From positions 2,886 through 66,885 of the forward strand of contig NZ_DASVRV010000052.1 of the NCBI RefSeq assembly GCF_036388435.1: a stretch of DNA of 64,000 nucleotides, given 5' to 3'. The translations under genes were made by a program, and so were the position numbers. The notes beneath the pieces are model-generated. The model was given only the letters and a program-made list of their open reading frames with translations. It was not told where the DNA came from and made no database searches. This stretch comes from Sphingomonas sp. (GTDB taxonomy: Bacteria; Pseudomonadota; Alphaproteobacteria; Sphingomonadales; Sphingomonadaceae). Positions 29,601-38,384 of the stretch are shown in pieces (position 1 is the stretch's first letter; every line of letters begins with the position of its first letter).

Positions 29601-32068
29601 TCGCCGCGTTGCGCCTGGTCAATGGCGGAGCGGCGAACACGGCCGGCAGCTTCACCGGCGGCGGCACCGCGCACGGCGTGCTGGTCGATACCGGCGCGGG
29701 CGCGCTGACGCTGGGCGCGGGAACGATCACGACGACGGGCAGCGGCAACGCCATCGAGAATACCGCCGGGTCCACTGCGATCCGGCTGAACGGCTCGACG
29801 TTGATCGCGAACGGTTCGGGCGCGGCGGTGCATAGCGCGGTCGCGCTCGATCCGGCCTCGACCGCGACGCTGACGGCCGCGGGCGCGAACAGCACGGGCT
29901 TTGATTTTTCGGGAACGGGCGGCGCGAGGACGACGGGCAATCTGGCGCTCGGCGATGGCTTGGCGATCACCGGCAGCGGCGCCGGTTCGACCGGCGTCCG
30001 GCTGAACACCGGCGGTCAGGTGACGCTGGCGGGTCGCGTCGCGATCACCAATGCGCAAGGCGGCTCGGCGATCGTGGCGGGCCCCGCGTCGTCGCTGAGC
30101 AACGGCGGCACCCTGACCTCGGCCAGCACCGCGGCGCCGGTCGTCGATCTGCGCGGCGGCACGCCGGTGTTCGTCAATACCGGCACCATCACCGCAGCCT
30201 CGACGACCGCGACCGCGATCCTCGGCGGCGGCAATGGTCAGGCGGTGACCCTGAGCGCCGGCCCGGTCACGGGCGCGGTGACGCTGGGTGCGGGTAACGA
30301 CATCTTCCTGATGACCGGCGGGACGCTGGCCGGCGCGTTCGATGCGGGCGCGGGCAACGACACCGCGACGTTCCGCGGCCTTACCGACGCCAATCTGTCG
30401 GGCGTCACCGCCATCGCCGGGAGCGGCACCGCAGCGGGCGGCGACACGCTTACCTTCGACGCGACGATCTCCACCGGCACGCGCCGGATCACCGGATTCA
30501 ACGCGGTCAATTTGAGCAACAGCTCGACGCTCACCGCCGATGGCGACCTGATCCTGGCCGGGGGAACGATGACGATCGGCTCGGGCTCGACCTTCTTCGC
30601 CGGCAACGGCGTGCGCGGCACGGTCGGCGCGGCGACGGGCGGCACGGCGAGCGTCGTCAATGCCGGGATCATCGACCTGACCAACGGCGCATCCGGCGCG
30701 ACCGACACGTTGACGATCCGCGGCAATTATGTCGGCCAGAACGGCACCATCAGGCTTCAGACGGTGCTGGCCGGCGACGGGTCACCGTCCGATCGCCTCG
30801 TCATCGACGGCGGCGCGGTGAGCGGGACCACGATGATCCAGATCACCAATGCGGGCGGCCTGGGCGCGCGGACGACGGGCGACGGCATCGAGGTCGTCAG
30901 CGCGATCAACGGCGGCACGACGACCGCGACGACGACCGGCGCCGGCTTCACGCTCGCGGGCGAACATGTGGATGCGGGGGCGTTCGAATACCGGCTCTAT
31001 GCTTCCGGCCTGACAGGCACGAGCCAGAGCTTCTTTTTGCGGACCCAGGCCAACAATCAGACGCCCGTGACACCCGTGACGCCGGCCGATCCGACCTTCC
31101 GGGTCGAAGTACCGCTTCTGAGCACGGTGGCGGGTACATTGCGCCGTGGCGACCTCGCCATGCTCGGCACCTATCACCAGCGCATGGGCGATGAGAACGG
31201 GACAATCGCCCGCGACTTCACCGTACCGGGCCGGTTATGGGGCCGCGTGATCGCGGATGACGGGCGGGTCCGGCAGGGCGGGGATGCGCGACCGACGACC
31301 GATGGACGGACATACGGATTCCAGATCGGCGTCGACCTTTTCCGCTTCGGAACCGGCGGCGGGCATCATGATCTCGGCGTCTATGGCGGATATACCGAAG
31401 GGAAGTTCGACGTCAGCGGGTTCGCTGGCGGGATTCAGGGCCGGGCGGTCGGCCGGTTCGATCCGCGCAGCACCTATGCGGGCCTGTACTGGACCTATCT
31501 GTCCGACAGCGGCTTCTACGCCGATACCGTTGTCCAGCACAGCTGGTATGGCGGCCGGGCCGTGGCGACGAACGGCAACGTCGCCCCGATCGACGGCACC
31601 GGGATCCTCGCCTCGGTCGAGACGGGTTACGCGTTTCCCCTCTCGCCGACCTGGGTGCTGGAACCGCAGGCGCAGCTGATCGCGCAGGGCAATTCGCTCG
31701 ACGATGTGGTCATCCCCAATGCGCTGGTCCAGCAGCGCGACCGCGGCCAGCTGACCGGCCGGATCGGCCTGCGTACCCGCGGCCGCTACGACACGAGCGC
31801 CGGCGCGATCCAGCCCTATCTGCGCGCCAATCTGTGGAAAGCGTTCGCTTCCACCGATCGCACGCTCTTCATCACGCCGGCGGCGACCACGCCGGTGCGG
31901 ACATCGAATTCGGCGCTATGGGCGGAGGCCGGCGCCGGCATCACCTGGTCGCTGAGCCCGCGCCTGGTGCTGTACGGCGAGGCGGATTACCGGCGGTCGC
32001 TGGACGATGGACAAGGCGTGGTGGGTCGATCCGTCGGCGGCTCGGCCGGGCTGAGGATCAGCATGTAG
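26669..32068 (+). CDS. Large autotransporter (type Va secretion) outer membrane protein, adhesin-like passenger
   Basis: The start is chosen at MINGSAISLSGEIRRAALGSISLAVLAVLGATAGHAQA (signal peptide). A ~1450-aa Gly/Ala/Thr-rich passenger has recurring xNxGxI beta-helix rungs. An autochaperone-like GNYVGQNGTIRLQTVLAGDGSPSDRLVIDGG follows, then a C-terminal ~280-aa beta-barrel (GYAFPLSPTWVLEPQAQL...). Confidence 0.88.
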   Translation: MINGSAISLSGEIRRAALGSISLAVLAVLGATAGHAQALRPDYSPAADNGGGADPDRARIITRTDTTGTITGDYSLRGTSARRFRFDSYTVAERQARGEVVSGYDAIDGRVSVALGAEEKRTVVTYPDQIKGTNVATPVYDNDLLTAFSATDRDTAAFFDTGSPVYGDLRLANISGSDVTIATGSKAKSVYDTANLAIVTADSGSTLYNVAAGSNIVYDAVTATMSGIDQDGLRQRATQDYLVNVTTFSGVTFNGDDSVTDLASLKRYNTSLISRLQSGAITPDQYEGMIQAAAQTSERTVTVRNEPLDRYRAPPTTSERLFIKLDRSTLVTTTDSRLVGMAQADRNTDGGNTLILAQNGSVVTNNGVVTQAGAGPGIRLDGAGTTLVNTATGVIGIGYEVLDRSSGTAVATGSDNRAHTTDNVAILASNGAAIGNAGIINVANRDIASLPNNPEFGKANVGIVVGSGATASNTGTILIGGGASVAANQLGSFDGAAGLVAIGGGTAANAAGGLIRVGTSFAETSADLATVTDIVSINPASGMTSLSGGGALINAGTIRVGVLAQNATGIKIGGDGGTAVNSGAVTLDASPATSPVRRNAAISVLGSGVAGAVNATNTATGVITLGGINSVGLLVENGVAGGSARAVNDGAIVINGGVSSDRLRNYGIYVGNASSSAVQNGAVTMRGEGAIGTHARNGGTVTVGANGTVDFQGARQIGYYALGAGSTITGGSTMTDIDTASSTGLRVEGGAAARGAGLMFTVSGAGAFGIVGSGASSGTTVDAAGVQIAVSGAGGTGIVIEGGATGIVDATSDIRLTGANTIAVLVDGQGRDIDGVATGTPVAATSLAAGANLASSAANVTGYVVRNQAQLTHSGMIAFAGANGSAIVGTTGARIANSGTIGLGGGASFGIDLAGTGTTGTHTGRLTGSGTGVRIASGAAFANNGAIALTSGTSILIDGAGSTLSGTGTGAVSVGEGVAALRLVNGGAANTAGSFTGGGTAHGVLVDTGAGALTLGAGTITTTGSGNAIENTAGSTAIRLNGSTLIANGSGAAVHSAVALDPASTATLTAAGANSTGFDFSGTGGARTTGNLALGDGLAITGSGAGSTGVRLNTGGQVTLAGRVAITNAQGGSAIVAGPASSLSNGGTLTSASTAAPVVDLRGGTPVFVNTGTITAASTTATAILGGGNGQAVTLSAGPVTGAVTLGAGNDIFLMTGGTLAGAFDAGAGNDTATFRGLTDANLSGVTAIAGSGTAAGGDTLTFDATISTGTRRITGFNAVNLSNSSTLTADGDLILAGGTMTIGSGSTFFAGNGVRGTVGAATGGTASVVNAGIIDLTNGASGATDTLTIRGNYVGQNGTIRLQTVLAGDGSPSDRLVIDGGAVSGTTMIQITNAGGLGARTTGDGIEVVSAINGGTTTATTTGAGFTLAGEHVDAGAFEYRLYASGLTGTSQSFFLRTQANNQTPVTPVTPADPTFRVEVPLLSTVAGTLRRGDLAMLGTYHQRMGDENGTIARDFTVPGRLWGRVIADDGRVRQGGDARPTTDGRTYGFQIGVDLFRFGTGGGHHDLGVYGGYTEGKFDVSGFAGGIQGRAVGRFDPRSTYAGLYWTYLSDSGFYADTVVQHSWYGGRAVATNGNVAPIDGTGILASVETGYAFPLSPTWVLEPQAQLIAQGNSLDDVVIPNALVQQRDRGQLTGRIGLRTRGRYDTSAGAIQPYLRANLWKAFASTDRTLFITPAATTPVRTSNSALWAEAGAGITWSLSPRLVLYGEADYRRSLDDGQGVVGRSVGGSAGLRISM

Positions 32069-32124
32069 GGAACGCGACGACCACGCGTCGGCGCGGGCCC
32101 GCTTTAGACATGGTGTAAGGGATC

Positions 32125-32163
32125 GCCCGCTCCGATCGGTCGTCCCGACCGATCGGAGCGGGC
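32125..32163. terminator. Perfect 18-bp-stem hairpin between the autotransporter gene and tRNA-Leu
   Basis: gcccgctccgatcggtcg tcc cgaccgatcggagcgggc, 57 nt after the autotransporter stop. No U-tract follows, so terminator function is only inferred. Confidence 0.5.
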
Positions 32164-32240
32164 CGGCCGAAGGGCGGAAGGTCGAAAGCGGCGCTTTCAG
32201 TGCGCTCTGTCAAGGTCCGGCTGTTCCGAGCGGGACGATA

Positions 32241-32327
32241 TGGTGCGGTCGAGAAGACTCGAACTTCCACGGCCTTTCGGCCACAACGACCTCAACGTTG
32301 CGCGTCTACCAGTTCCGCCACGACCGC
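32241..32327 (-). tRNA. tRNA-Leu (anticodon GAG)
   Basis: The manual fold of GCGGTCGTGGCGGAACTGGTAGACGCGCAACGTTGAGGTCGTTGTGGCCGAAAGGCCGTGGAAGTTCGAGTCTTCTCGACCGCACCA gives a 7-bp acceptor stem. The anticodon stem is CAACG/CGTTG with loop TTGAGGT. It has a long variable arm, a T-arm (GTTCGAGTC) and an encoded CCA. Confidence 0.93.
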
Positions 32328-32410
32328 ACGTGAAACCTTCGGTCGCAAGACCAAGGCCCGGTAGGCGAGCGCCACTAGCAAAGCCGGTCGGGCGGCGCAA
32401 CGCTTAACGT

Positions 32411-33208
32411 CTAGCCTTCCTGCCCGGCGAAGCTCAGCTCCAGCCGCTTGGAATTGGCGGGCACGTCGAGCTTGGCCGAGTTGAAGTCGATCGATCCGCC
32501 CGGCGCCAGCGTGCGGCGCTGGGGAGTGATGGTCCAGCTATAGACCAGCCGCCCGCCGCCGTCGCGCAGCTCGGCGCGGATATCGGGCACCCGCTGCTGC
32601 GCGGTGCTGGGATTGAGCACTTGGCCGCTCACCGCGAACAGTTCGGACCCGTTGTCGAGTTCGCGGCGCTCGATCGGATTGTCCTTGATGCGCAGCGCGG
32701 TCTCGCCGCCGCCGGGCAACCCCAGCCGGCTGGCGAGCCCGGGTGCCCCGGTATACAGGATCGCGCCCGTCCCGGCGAGCATCAGCAGTCCCGCCGCCAC
32801 CGCCGCCGCCGTCCAGCGTCGCGCGGGGTTGCGACGTGCCGGCGCGGGCTCGCCAGCATAGCCGCCGATCGTCGGTTCCAGATAGGGCTGGACCGGCGGC
32901 GGGGGCGGGGGGGCGTCGACCTGGAGCGGCTTGAGCGGAGGCGGCGGTGCCGCGATGATCGGGGTCGGGGTCGGGATCGGAACCGGCGCGACGGCGGGCT
33001 CCGGCGCGCGCTGGATCGGTGCCGGTTCGGGCGCAGGGGCGGGCGGCGATGCCGCGTCGATCTCGGCCGCGGGCGCCAGCTCGAGCGCGGCGGGCGCCTG
33101 AAACCAGCTATGGCGACATTGGGCGCAGCGCACGGTCCGGCCCGCCGTCCCGATGGCGCTGTCGGGCACCAGATAGCGGGTGCTGCACTCGGGGCATTCC
33201 AGGATCAT
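32411..33208 (-). CDS. MJ0042-type zinc-ribbon protein with Pro-rich linker, TM segment and DUF3426-like C-terminal domain
   Basis: It starts [35 protein letters not shown] (two CxxC pairs). It lies divergent from ftsE, as is common in alphaproteobacteria. Confidence 0.8.
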   Translation of the reverse strand: MILECPECSTRYLVPDSAIGTAGRTVRCAQCRHSWFQAPAALELAPAAEIDAASPPAPAPEPAPIQRAPEPAVAPVPIPTPTPIIAAPPPPLKPLQVDAPPPPPPVQPYLEPTIGGYAGEPAPARRNPARRWTAAAVAAGLLMLAGTGAILYTGAPGLASRLGLPGGGETALRIKDNPIERRELDNGSELFAVSGQVLNPSTAQQRVPDIRAELRDGGGRLVYSWTITPQRRTLAPGGSIDFNSAKLDVPANSKRLELSFAGQEG

Positions 33209-33359
33209 CGGGCGTATACCGGACGCAGGCGGGGAGATCCCGCGCTGGCAGGGCCAAGGTTAAGCACGTCGAACCGCGCGGGTGCAAGTGCCGCTCCGGC
33301 GGAGGTCGGCCCGACCGGCTTCTTGCGACATGGGCCGAAGCTTGTAAGTGTCGGGGCGC

Positions 33360-34064
33360 ATGGCGACCATCGTCCAGTTCGAGAATGTCGGCCTGCGATA
33401 CGGCACGGGGCCAGAGACGCTGTCGGACATCAGCTTCTCGCTGGGATCGGGTGCGTTCCACTTCCTCACCGGCGCGTCGGGGGCGGGCAAGACCTCGCTC
33501 CTGAAACTGCTTTACCTCGCGCAGCGGCCCAGCCGGGGCGTGATCCGGCTGTTCGGCGAGGATGCGGTGACCATGCCGCGCGCGCGGCTGCCCGGTTTCC
33601 GGCGGCGGATCGGGGTGGTGTTCCAGGATTTCCGCCTGGTCCCGCATCTGTCCGCCTGGGACAATATCGCGCTCCCCTTGCGCGTCGCCGGCGTCGTCGA
33701 GGCCGATCTGGAACAGCCCGTGCGCGAGATGCTGGCCTGGGTCGGGCTGGCGGAGCGCGCCCATGCCCGCCCCGCGACGCTGTCGGGCGGCGAGCAGCAG
33801 CGCGTGGCGATCGCGCGCGCGGTGATCGCGCGGCCCGAACTGCTCGTGGCGGACGAGCCGACCGGCAATGTCGACCCCGACATGGCCGACCGGCTGATGC
33901 ACCTGTTCGAATCGCTCCATCGGCTCGGCACCACCGTGGTGATCGCGACCCACGACCTGCACCTGCTCGGCCGCGTTCCCCATGCCCAGATGCTCCGGCT
34001 CGACCGGGGGCATCTGCTCGATCCCACCGGATCGCTCCGCTATCCGCCGCGCGAGGCGTCGTGA
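33360..34064 (+). CDS. ftsE: Cell division ATP-binding protein FtsE
   Basis: Walker A GASGAGKTS, signature LSGGEQQR and Walker B LLVADEPT are present. ATG 33360 is preferred over the track's GTG at 33348. Confidence 0.92.
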   Translation: MATIVQFENVGLRYGTGPETLSDISFSLGSGAFHFLTGASGAGKTSLLKLLYLAQRPSRGVIRLFGEDAVTMPRARLPGFRRRIGVVFQDFRLVPHLSAWDNIALPLRVAGVVEADLEQPVREMLAWVGLAERAHARPATLSGGEQQRVAIARAVIARPELLVADEPTGNVDPDMADRLMHLFESLHRLGTTVVIATHDLHLLGRVPHAQMLRLDRGHLLDPTGSLRYPPREAS

Positions 34065-34939
34065 GCGACGGCGGCGAGACCGGCGCCCGCGTCCTCGACG
34101 AGGCGGGGGGGCTGCGCGCGATGACGGGGATCATGGGCATCATGCTGTTCCTGCTGATGCTGGCCGCCGCGCTCGGGCTGGGAACGCTGGGCGCGGCACG
34201 GACGCTCGACCGCCAGCTCGCCGGGCGCCTGACGGTGCAGGTCGTGGACGGCGATCCGGCCACGCGCGATGCCGCCGCCGCCCGCGTGGCGGGGGTGCTG
34301 CGCGGCCTGCCCGGGGTGGCGCGGGTGGCGCCGGTCGACCGCGCGGCGCTGCAACGCCTGGTCGAGCCCTGGCTCGGCGCCGAGGCGGAGGCCGGCGCGC
34401 TCCCCATCCCCGCGCTGATCGACGTCGACCTGACCGGCGAGGAAGCGGGGGACGCGGTCGCGGCCGCCGTCGCCCGTGCCGTTCCGACCGCGCGGGTCGA
34501 TCGCCATGCGGCATGGATGTCGCCGGTCAGCCGCTTCATGACGCTCCTGACCGGGCTCGCCGCCGCCCTGGTCGGGGTGTTGGGCGCGGCGACGCTGGCG
34601 GTGGTGGTGCTGGCGGTGCGGAGTGGGCTCGACGTCCACCGCGGCACGATCGAGGTGATGCACATGCTCGGCTCCACCGACGTCCAGGTCGCGCGGCTGT
34701 TCCAGCGGCGGATCGCGCTCGACGCGCTGATCGGCGGGGGCTTGGGCGGGCTGCTGGCGCTGGTCGTCATATGGCTGCTGGGGCGCCAACTCGGCGCGCT
34801 GGGGTCGGAGCTTCTGGGCGGGGTGAATTTGGGGCGGGCGGACTGGGCGGTGCTGCTGCTGCTGCCGCTGCTGTTCGTGGGACTGGCGACCTTCGCGGCG
34901 CGGCGGGCGGTGCTAGGGCATCTGGAGCGCAGCTTGTGA
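34061..34939 (+). CDS. ftsX: Cell division permease-like protein FtsX
   Basis: The GTG start forms a GTGA overlap with the ftsE stop. It has four TM segments with a large first periplasmic loop, and position and size fit FtsX. Confidence 0.8.
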   Translation: MSDGGETGARVLDEAGGLRAMTGIMGIMLFLLMLAAALGLGTLGAARTLDRQLAGRLTVQVVDGDPATRDAAAARVAGVLRGLPGVARVAPVDRAALQRLVEPWLGAEAEAGALPIPALIDVDLTGEEAGDAVAAAVARAVPTARVDRHAAWMSPVSRFMTLLTGLAAALVGVLGAATLAVVVLAVRSGLDVHRGTIEVMHMLGSTDVQVARLFQRRIALDALIGGGLGGLLALVVIWLLGRQLGALGSELLGGVNLGRADWAVLLLLPLLFVGLATFAARRAVLGHLERSL

Positions 34940-35472
34940 TCGCGCGGCTGGCGTCGCTGCTGGTGATCGCCTGGGCGCTGGGGTTCGCCGCGTTCGGCGT
35001 GTCGCTGCCCGGACCGCTGGAGGGGGCGACCACCGATGCCATCGTCGTGCCGACCGGCGGGGCGGGGCGGATCGACCGCGGGCTGGAGCTGATGGCGGCG
35101 CGGCAGGCCAAGCGGATGCTGGTGACGGGCGTCGGGTCCGGCGTCCGTCCGCGCGACCTGGCGGCGACCTACCGCAAGTCCGCGCGGCTGTTCCGCTGCT
35201 GCGTCGACCTGGGGACGGACGCGGTCGACACGCGCTCCAATGCCGAGGAGACGGCGCGCTGGCTGCGCGGGCATCGCTATCGCACGGTCAGGCTCGTCAC
35301 CGCCGACTGGCACCTGCCGCGCGCGCGGATGGAGTTGGCGGCGGTGATGGGGCGCGACGCGGTGATCCTGGGCGACGGGGTGCCCGGCGAGCCGCGCGTC
35401 GGGACGCTGGTCAACGAGTATAACAAGCTGCTGCTGCGCTGGGTCGCGTTGCGGGTGGGGATCGGTGGATGA
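34936..35472 (+). CDS. YdcF family (DUF218) protein
   Basis: The GTG start overlaps the ftsX stop. It has a TM anchor, then DAIVVPTGGAGRIDRGLEL...VDTRSNAEETARWL, typical of DUF218. Confidence 0.75.
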   Translation: MIARLASLLVIAWALGFAAFGVSLPGPLEGATTDAIVVPTGGAGRIDRGLELMAARQAKRMLVTGVGSGVRPRDLAATYRKSARLFRCCVDLGTDAVDTRSNAEETARWLRGHRYRTVRLVTADWHLPRARMELAAVMGRDAVILGDGVPGEPRVGTLVNEYNKLLLRWVALRVGIGG

Positions 35473-36164
35473 ATAGCTTGCGGACCTGGCTGTACCGGCT
35501 GATCTTCTATGCGGGATCGGTGCCGATCGTGGGGACCGCGCCGATCTCCGCGCTGTTCGGGCGGCGGGCGGCGATCAACCATGCGCTCGCTTGGTTCACC
35601 TGGCACCGCTGGTGCACGCGCTGGATCGTCGGCATCCGCGTGCGGGTGGAGGGGAGATGGCCTTCCTATCCCGTGCTCTACGCGGGCAAGCACCAGGCGA
35701 TGTTCGAGACGATCGAGGTGGCGCTGATCCTGGGCGGGCCGGCGATCGTCCTCAAGCAGGAACTGACGCGCATCCCCTTTTGGGGGTACGCCACGCGCAA
35801 ATACGGCCATATCTCGGTCGACCGCGAGGCGTCGGCCAAGATGCTCCGCCGGATGATGGCGGAAAGCGCCGAGCTGAAGGCGGAGGGGCGGTCGATCCTG
35901 ATCTTCCCCGAAGGCACGCGGGTGCCGCCGGGCGAGCAACCGCCTTTGCGCGCCGGGTTCGCGGGGCTGTACAAGGTGCTGAAGCTGCCCGTCGTCCCGG
36001 TCGCGACCGATAGCGGACTGGTCTGGCCGCGCCATGGTCCCAAGCGGCCGGGCGTCATCACGCTGCGTTTCGGCGAGGAGATTCCGGCCGGGCTGCCGCG
36101 AGAAGAAGCAGAGACCCGCGTCCATGCCGCCATGAACGCATTGGAGCCGCCCTCAAGGATGTGA
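35469..36164 (+). CDS. plsC: 1-acyl-sn-glycerol-3-phosphate acyltransferase family protein
   Basis: 231 aa with an acyltransferase block I-like KHQAMFET and block III FPEGTR. The start forms an ATGA overlap with the upstream stop. Confidence 0.82.
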   Translation: MNSLRTWLYRLIFYAGSVPIVGTAPISALFGRRAAINHALAWFTWHRWCTRWIVGIRVRVEGRWPSYPVLYAGKHQAMFETIEVALILGGPAIVLKQELTRIPFWGYATRKYGHISVDREASAKMLRRMMAESAELKAEGRSILIFPEGTRVPPGEQPPLRAGFAGLYKVLKLPVVPVATDSGLVWPRHGPKRPGVITLRFGEEIPAGLPREEAETRVHAAMNALEPPSRM

Positions 36165-37061
36165 CCGGCCGAAATCCTCGCGGGCGTCGTCCTGGCCCTG
36201 TTCGACGATCGAGCGGCGGACGGCGCGGGTGCGGGTGAAGAGGTCGTGGAGCGTGTCGCCGTCGCCCCAGCGGATCGCGCGCTGGAGCGCGCTGAGGTCC
36301 TCCGAGAAGCGCTGGAGCATGTCGAGCACCGCCTCGCGGTTCGACAGGAACACGTCGCGCCACATGGTCGGGTCGGAGGCGGCGATGCGGGTGAAGTCGC
36401 GAAAGCCGCCGGCCGAATATTTGATCACCTCCGACCGGGTCACCTCCTCCAGGTCGCTGGCGGTGCCGACGATGGTATAGGCGATGAGATGGGGCAGGTG
36501 GCTCGTCACCGCGAGCACGCGGTCGTGATGGTCGGGGTCCATCAGCTCGACCTCCGCCCCGAGCCGGCGCCAAAAGGCGGAAACGCGTTCGACCGCCTCG
36601 GGCGGCGAGCCGGTGGTCGGGGTCAGGATGCACCAGCGCCCCTGGAACAGCGACGCGAAGCCCGCCTCCGGCCCACTCCGCTCCGTGCCCGCGACCGGAT
36701 GGGCGGGGACGATCGCGACGCCGGGCAGCGCCGCCGCCAGCGAGCGCGCGACCGAGCCCTTGGAGCTGCCGACATCGGTGACGACCGCGTCGGCGGGGAG
36801 GTCAGCCGCGATCTCGGCCGCGGCCGCGCCGATCGCGCCGACCGGCACGCACAGGATGACGAGGTCGGCGTCGGTCACCGCCGCGCCCGGCGTGTCCGCG
36901 ACGTCGTCGCACAGGTCGAGCCGGATGGCGGCGGTGCGCACGTCGGCGTCGGCGTCATGGCCGGTCAGCCGCACGGTCGGCATCGCCTGGCGGACGGCGC
37001 GCGCGACGGAGGAGCCGATCAGCCCCAGCCCGATCACCGCCACGCGCGCGAAGGGGGGCAA
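36153..37061 (-). CDS. tyrC: Prephenate / arogenate (cyclohexadienyl) dehydrogenase
   Basis: 302 aa with the Rossmann motif VAVIGLGLIGSS, AHPVAGTE and DHHDRVLAVTSHLPH. Confidence 0.88.
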   Translation of the reverse strand: MPPFARVAVIGLGLIGSSVARAVRQAMPTVRLTGHDADADVRTAAIRLDLCDDVADTPGAAVTDADLVILCVPVGAIGAAAAEIAADLPADAVVTDVGSSKGSVARSLAAALPGVAIVPAHPVAGTERSGPEAGFASLFQGRWCILTPTTGSPPEAVERVSAFWRRLGAEVELMDPDHHDRVLAVTSHLPHLIAYTIVGTASDLEEVTRSEVIKYSAGGFRDFTRIAASDPTMWRDVFLSNREAVLDMLQRFSEDLSALQRAIRWGDGDTLHDLFTRTRAVRRSIVEQGQDDAREDFGRSHP

Positions 37062-37063
37062 GA

Positions 37064-38164
37064 TCAGCCCGCCCGCCCGACCAGCCGGCGGAGCGCGGCG
37101 GCGACGCCGCGCGTCTCCTCGGCGGTGCCGATCGTGATGCGCAGCGCCTGGGGCAGCTTCTGGCCGGGAAGCCAGCGGACGATGTAACCTTCGTCCATCA
37201 AGCCTTTATAGGCCGCCTCGGCGGTGAGCGCGCCTTCGAACACAACCAGCACGAAATTGGCCTGGCTGGGGATGGCGCGCAGGCCGGCATTACCCAGGCT
37301 CGCGATCTCGTCGGAGAACCAGCGGCGGAGCTCGGCGTTCTCGCGGCGGCAGCGTTCCACCCAGCCATGGTCGGCGAGCGCGGCGACGGCGGCGTGCTGG
37401 CCGGCGATCGTCATCGAGAAGGGCAGGCGGATGCGGTGCATCGCGTCGACGATCGGCGCCGCGCCGTAACCCCAGCCGATCCGTTCGGCGGCGAGCCCGT
37501 ACATCTTGGAAAAGGTGCGCGTGACGAGGACGTTCGCGGCGGTGGCGGCGAGCGCCATCCCGCCATCGTCATGGTCGCCGTCGATATATTCGGCATAGGC
37601 ATGGTCGAGGACGAGGAGCACGGTCGCCGGCAGGGCGGCGTGGAGCCGGGCGATCTCCGCCCGCGCGGCATAGGTGCCCGTGGGATTATTTGGGTTGGCG
37701 ACGAAGACGACCCGCGTGCGCTCCGTCACGCAGGCGAGGATCGCGTCGACATCGGTGGCATAGTCGCGGTCGGGGGCGATCACCGGGGTGGCGCCCGTCC
37801 GCCGGGCCGCGATCTCGTAGACCGCGAAGCCGTAGCGGACGAAGATCACCTCGTCCCCCGGCCCGGCGAAGGCGCCGGCCGCCAGGTGCAGCACCTCGTC
37901 CGAGCCGTTGCCGTAGATGATGCGGGCGGGATCGAGGCCGTGCACCGCCGCCAGCGCCTCGCGGACGATCGACCCGGACGCGTCGGGATAGCGTTCCAGG
38001 CTGTCCGCCGCCGCCGCGAAGGCGGCGCGGGCCCCGGCGGGGGTGCCGAGCGGGTTCTCGTTGGAGGACAATTTGACCACCTTGCGGCCGTCATCGGTCG
38101 TGGAGCGCCCGGGGACATAGGGCGCGATGTCCATGATCCAGGGCTTGGGGACGGGTGCGTTCAT
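37064..38164 (-). CDS. hisC: Histidinol-phosphate aminotransferase
   Basis: The start is the internal Met [28 protein letters not shown] and the PLP-Lys context [15 protein letters not shown] are present. The stop is 2 nt from the tyrC start. Confidence 0.9.
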   Translation of the reverse strand: MNAPVPKPWIMDIAPYVPGRSTTDDGRKVVKLSSNENPLGTPAGARAAFAAAADSLERYPDASGSIVREALAAVHGLDPARIIYGNGSDEVLHLAAGAFAGPGDEVIFVRYGFAVYEIAARRTGATPVIAPDRDYATDVDAILACVTERTRVVFVANPNNPTGTYAARAEIARLHAALPATVLLVLDHAYAEYIDGDHDDGGMALAATAANVLVTRTFSKMYGLAAERIGWGYGAAPIVDAMHRIRLPFSMTIAGQHAAVAALADHGWVERCRRENAELRRWFSDEIASLGNAGLRAIPSQANFVLVVFEGALTAEAAYKGLMDEGYIVRWLPGQKLPQALRITIGTAEETRGVAAALRRLVGRAG

Positions 38165-38384
38165 GGGCGGGCGCTTAGCAGGTTTCGGGCGGGCGGAAAC
38201 CAGGGGCGCGTACGGCGCGCGCGGGCGGAAGTTCAATGGAAGTTCAGGCGGAAACGATAGCGGGGACACTATTGCTAGGCGTTCGCGGGAACGGGGGGCG
38301 GAACGGGGCGAGTCTCGTCATCGGCCGGGTCAAGCATGGGGGACGCTTGTAGGACAGCCCCGATCTACCTTAGGCGGGGCCACT

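Noticed and set aside
26394-32327. tRNA-Leu-associated genomic island carrying the autotransporter
   Set aside because: There is no integrase or recombinase gene, and I found no direct repeat of the tRNA 3' end at plausible distal boundaries (around 26.4, 22.2 or 19.1 kb). The autotransporter's base composition looks like the rest of the window.
38165-38384. SAM-II riboswitch call upstream of metX
   Set aside because: I could not find the conserved AAAGCU 3' strand or the U-rich triplex loop. Only a generic RBS-occluding hairpin was seen, so no riboswitch feature is annotated.
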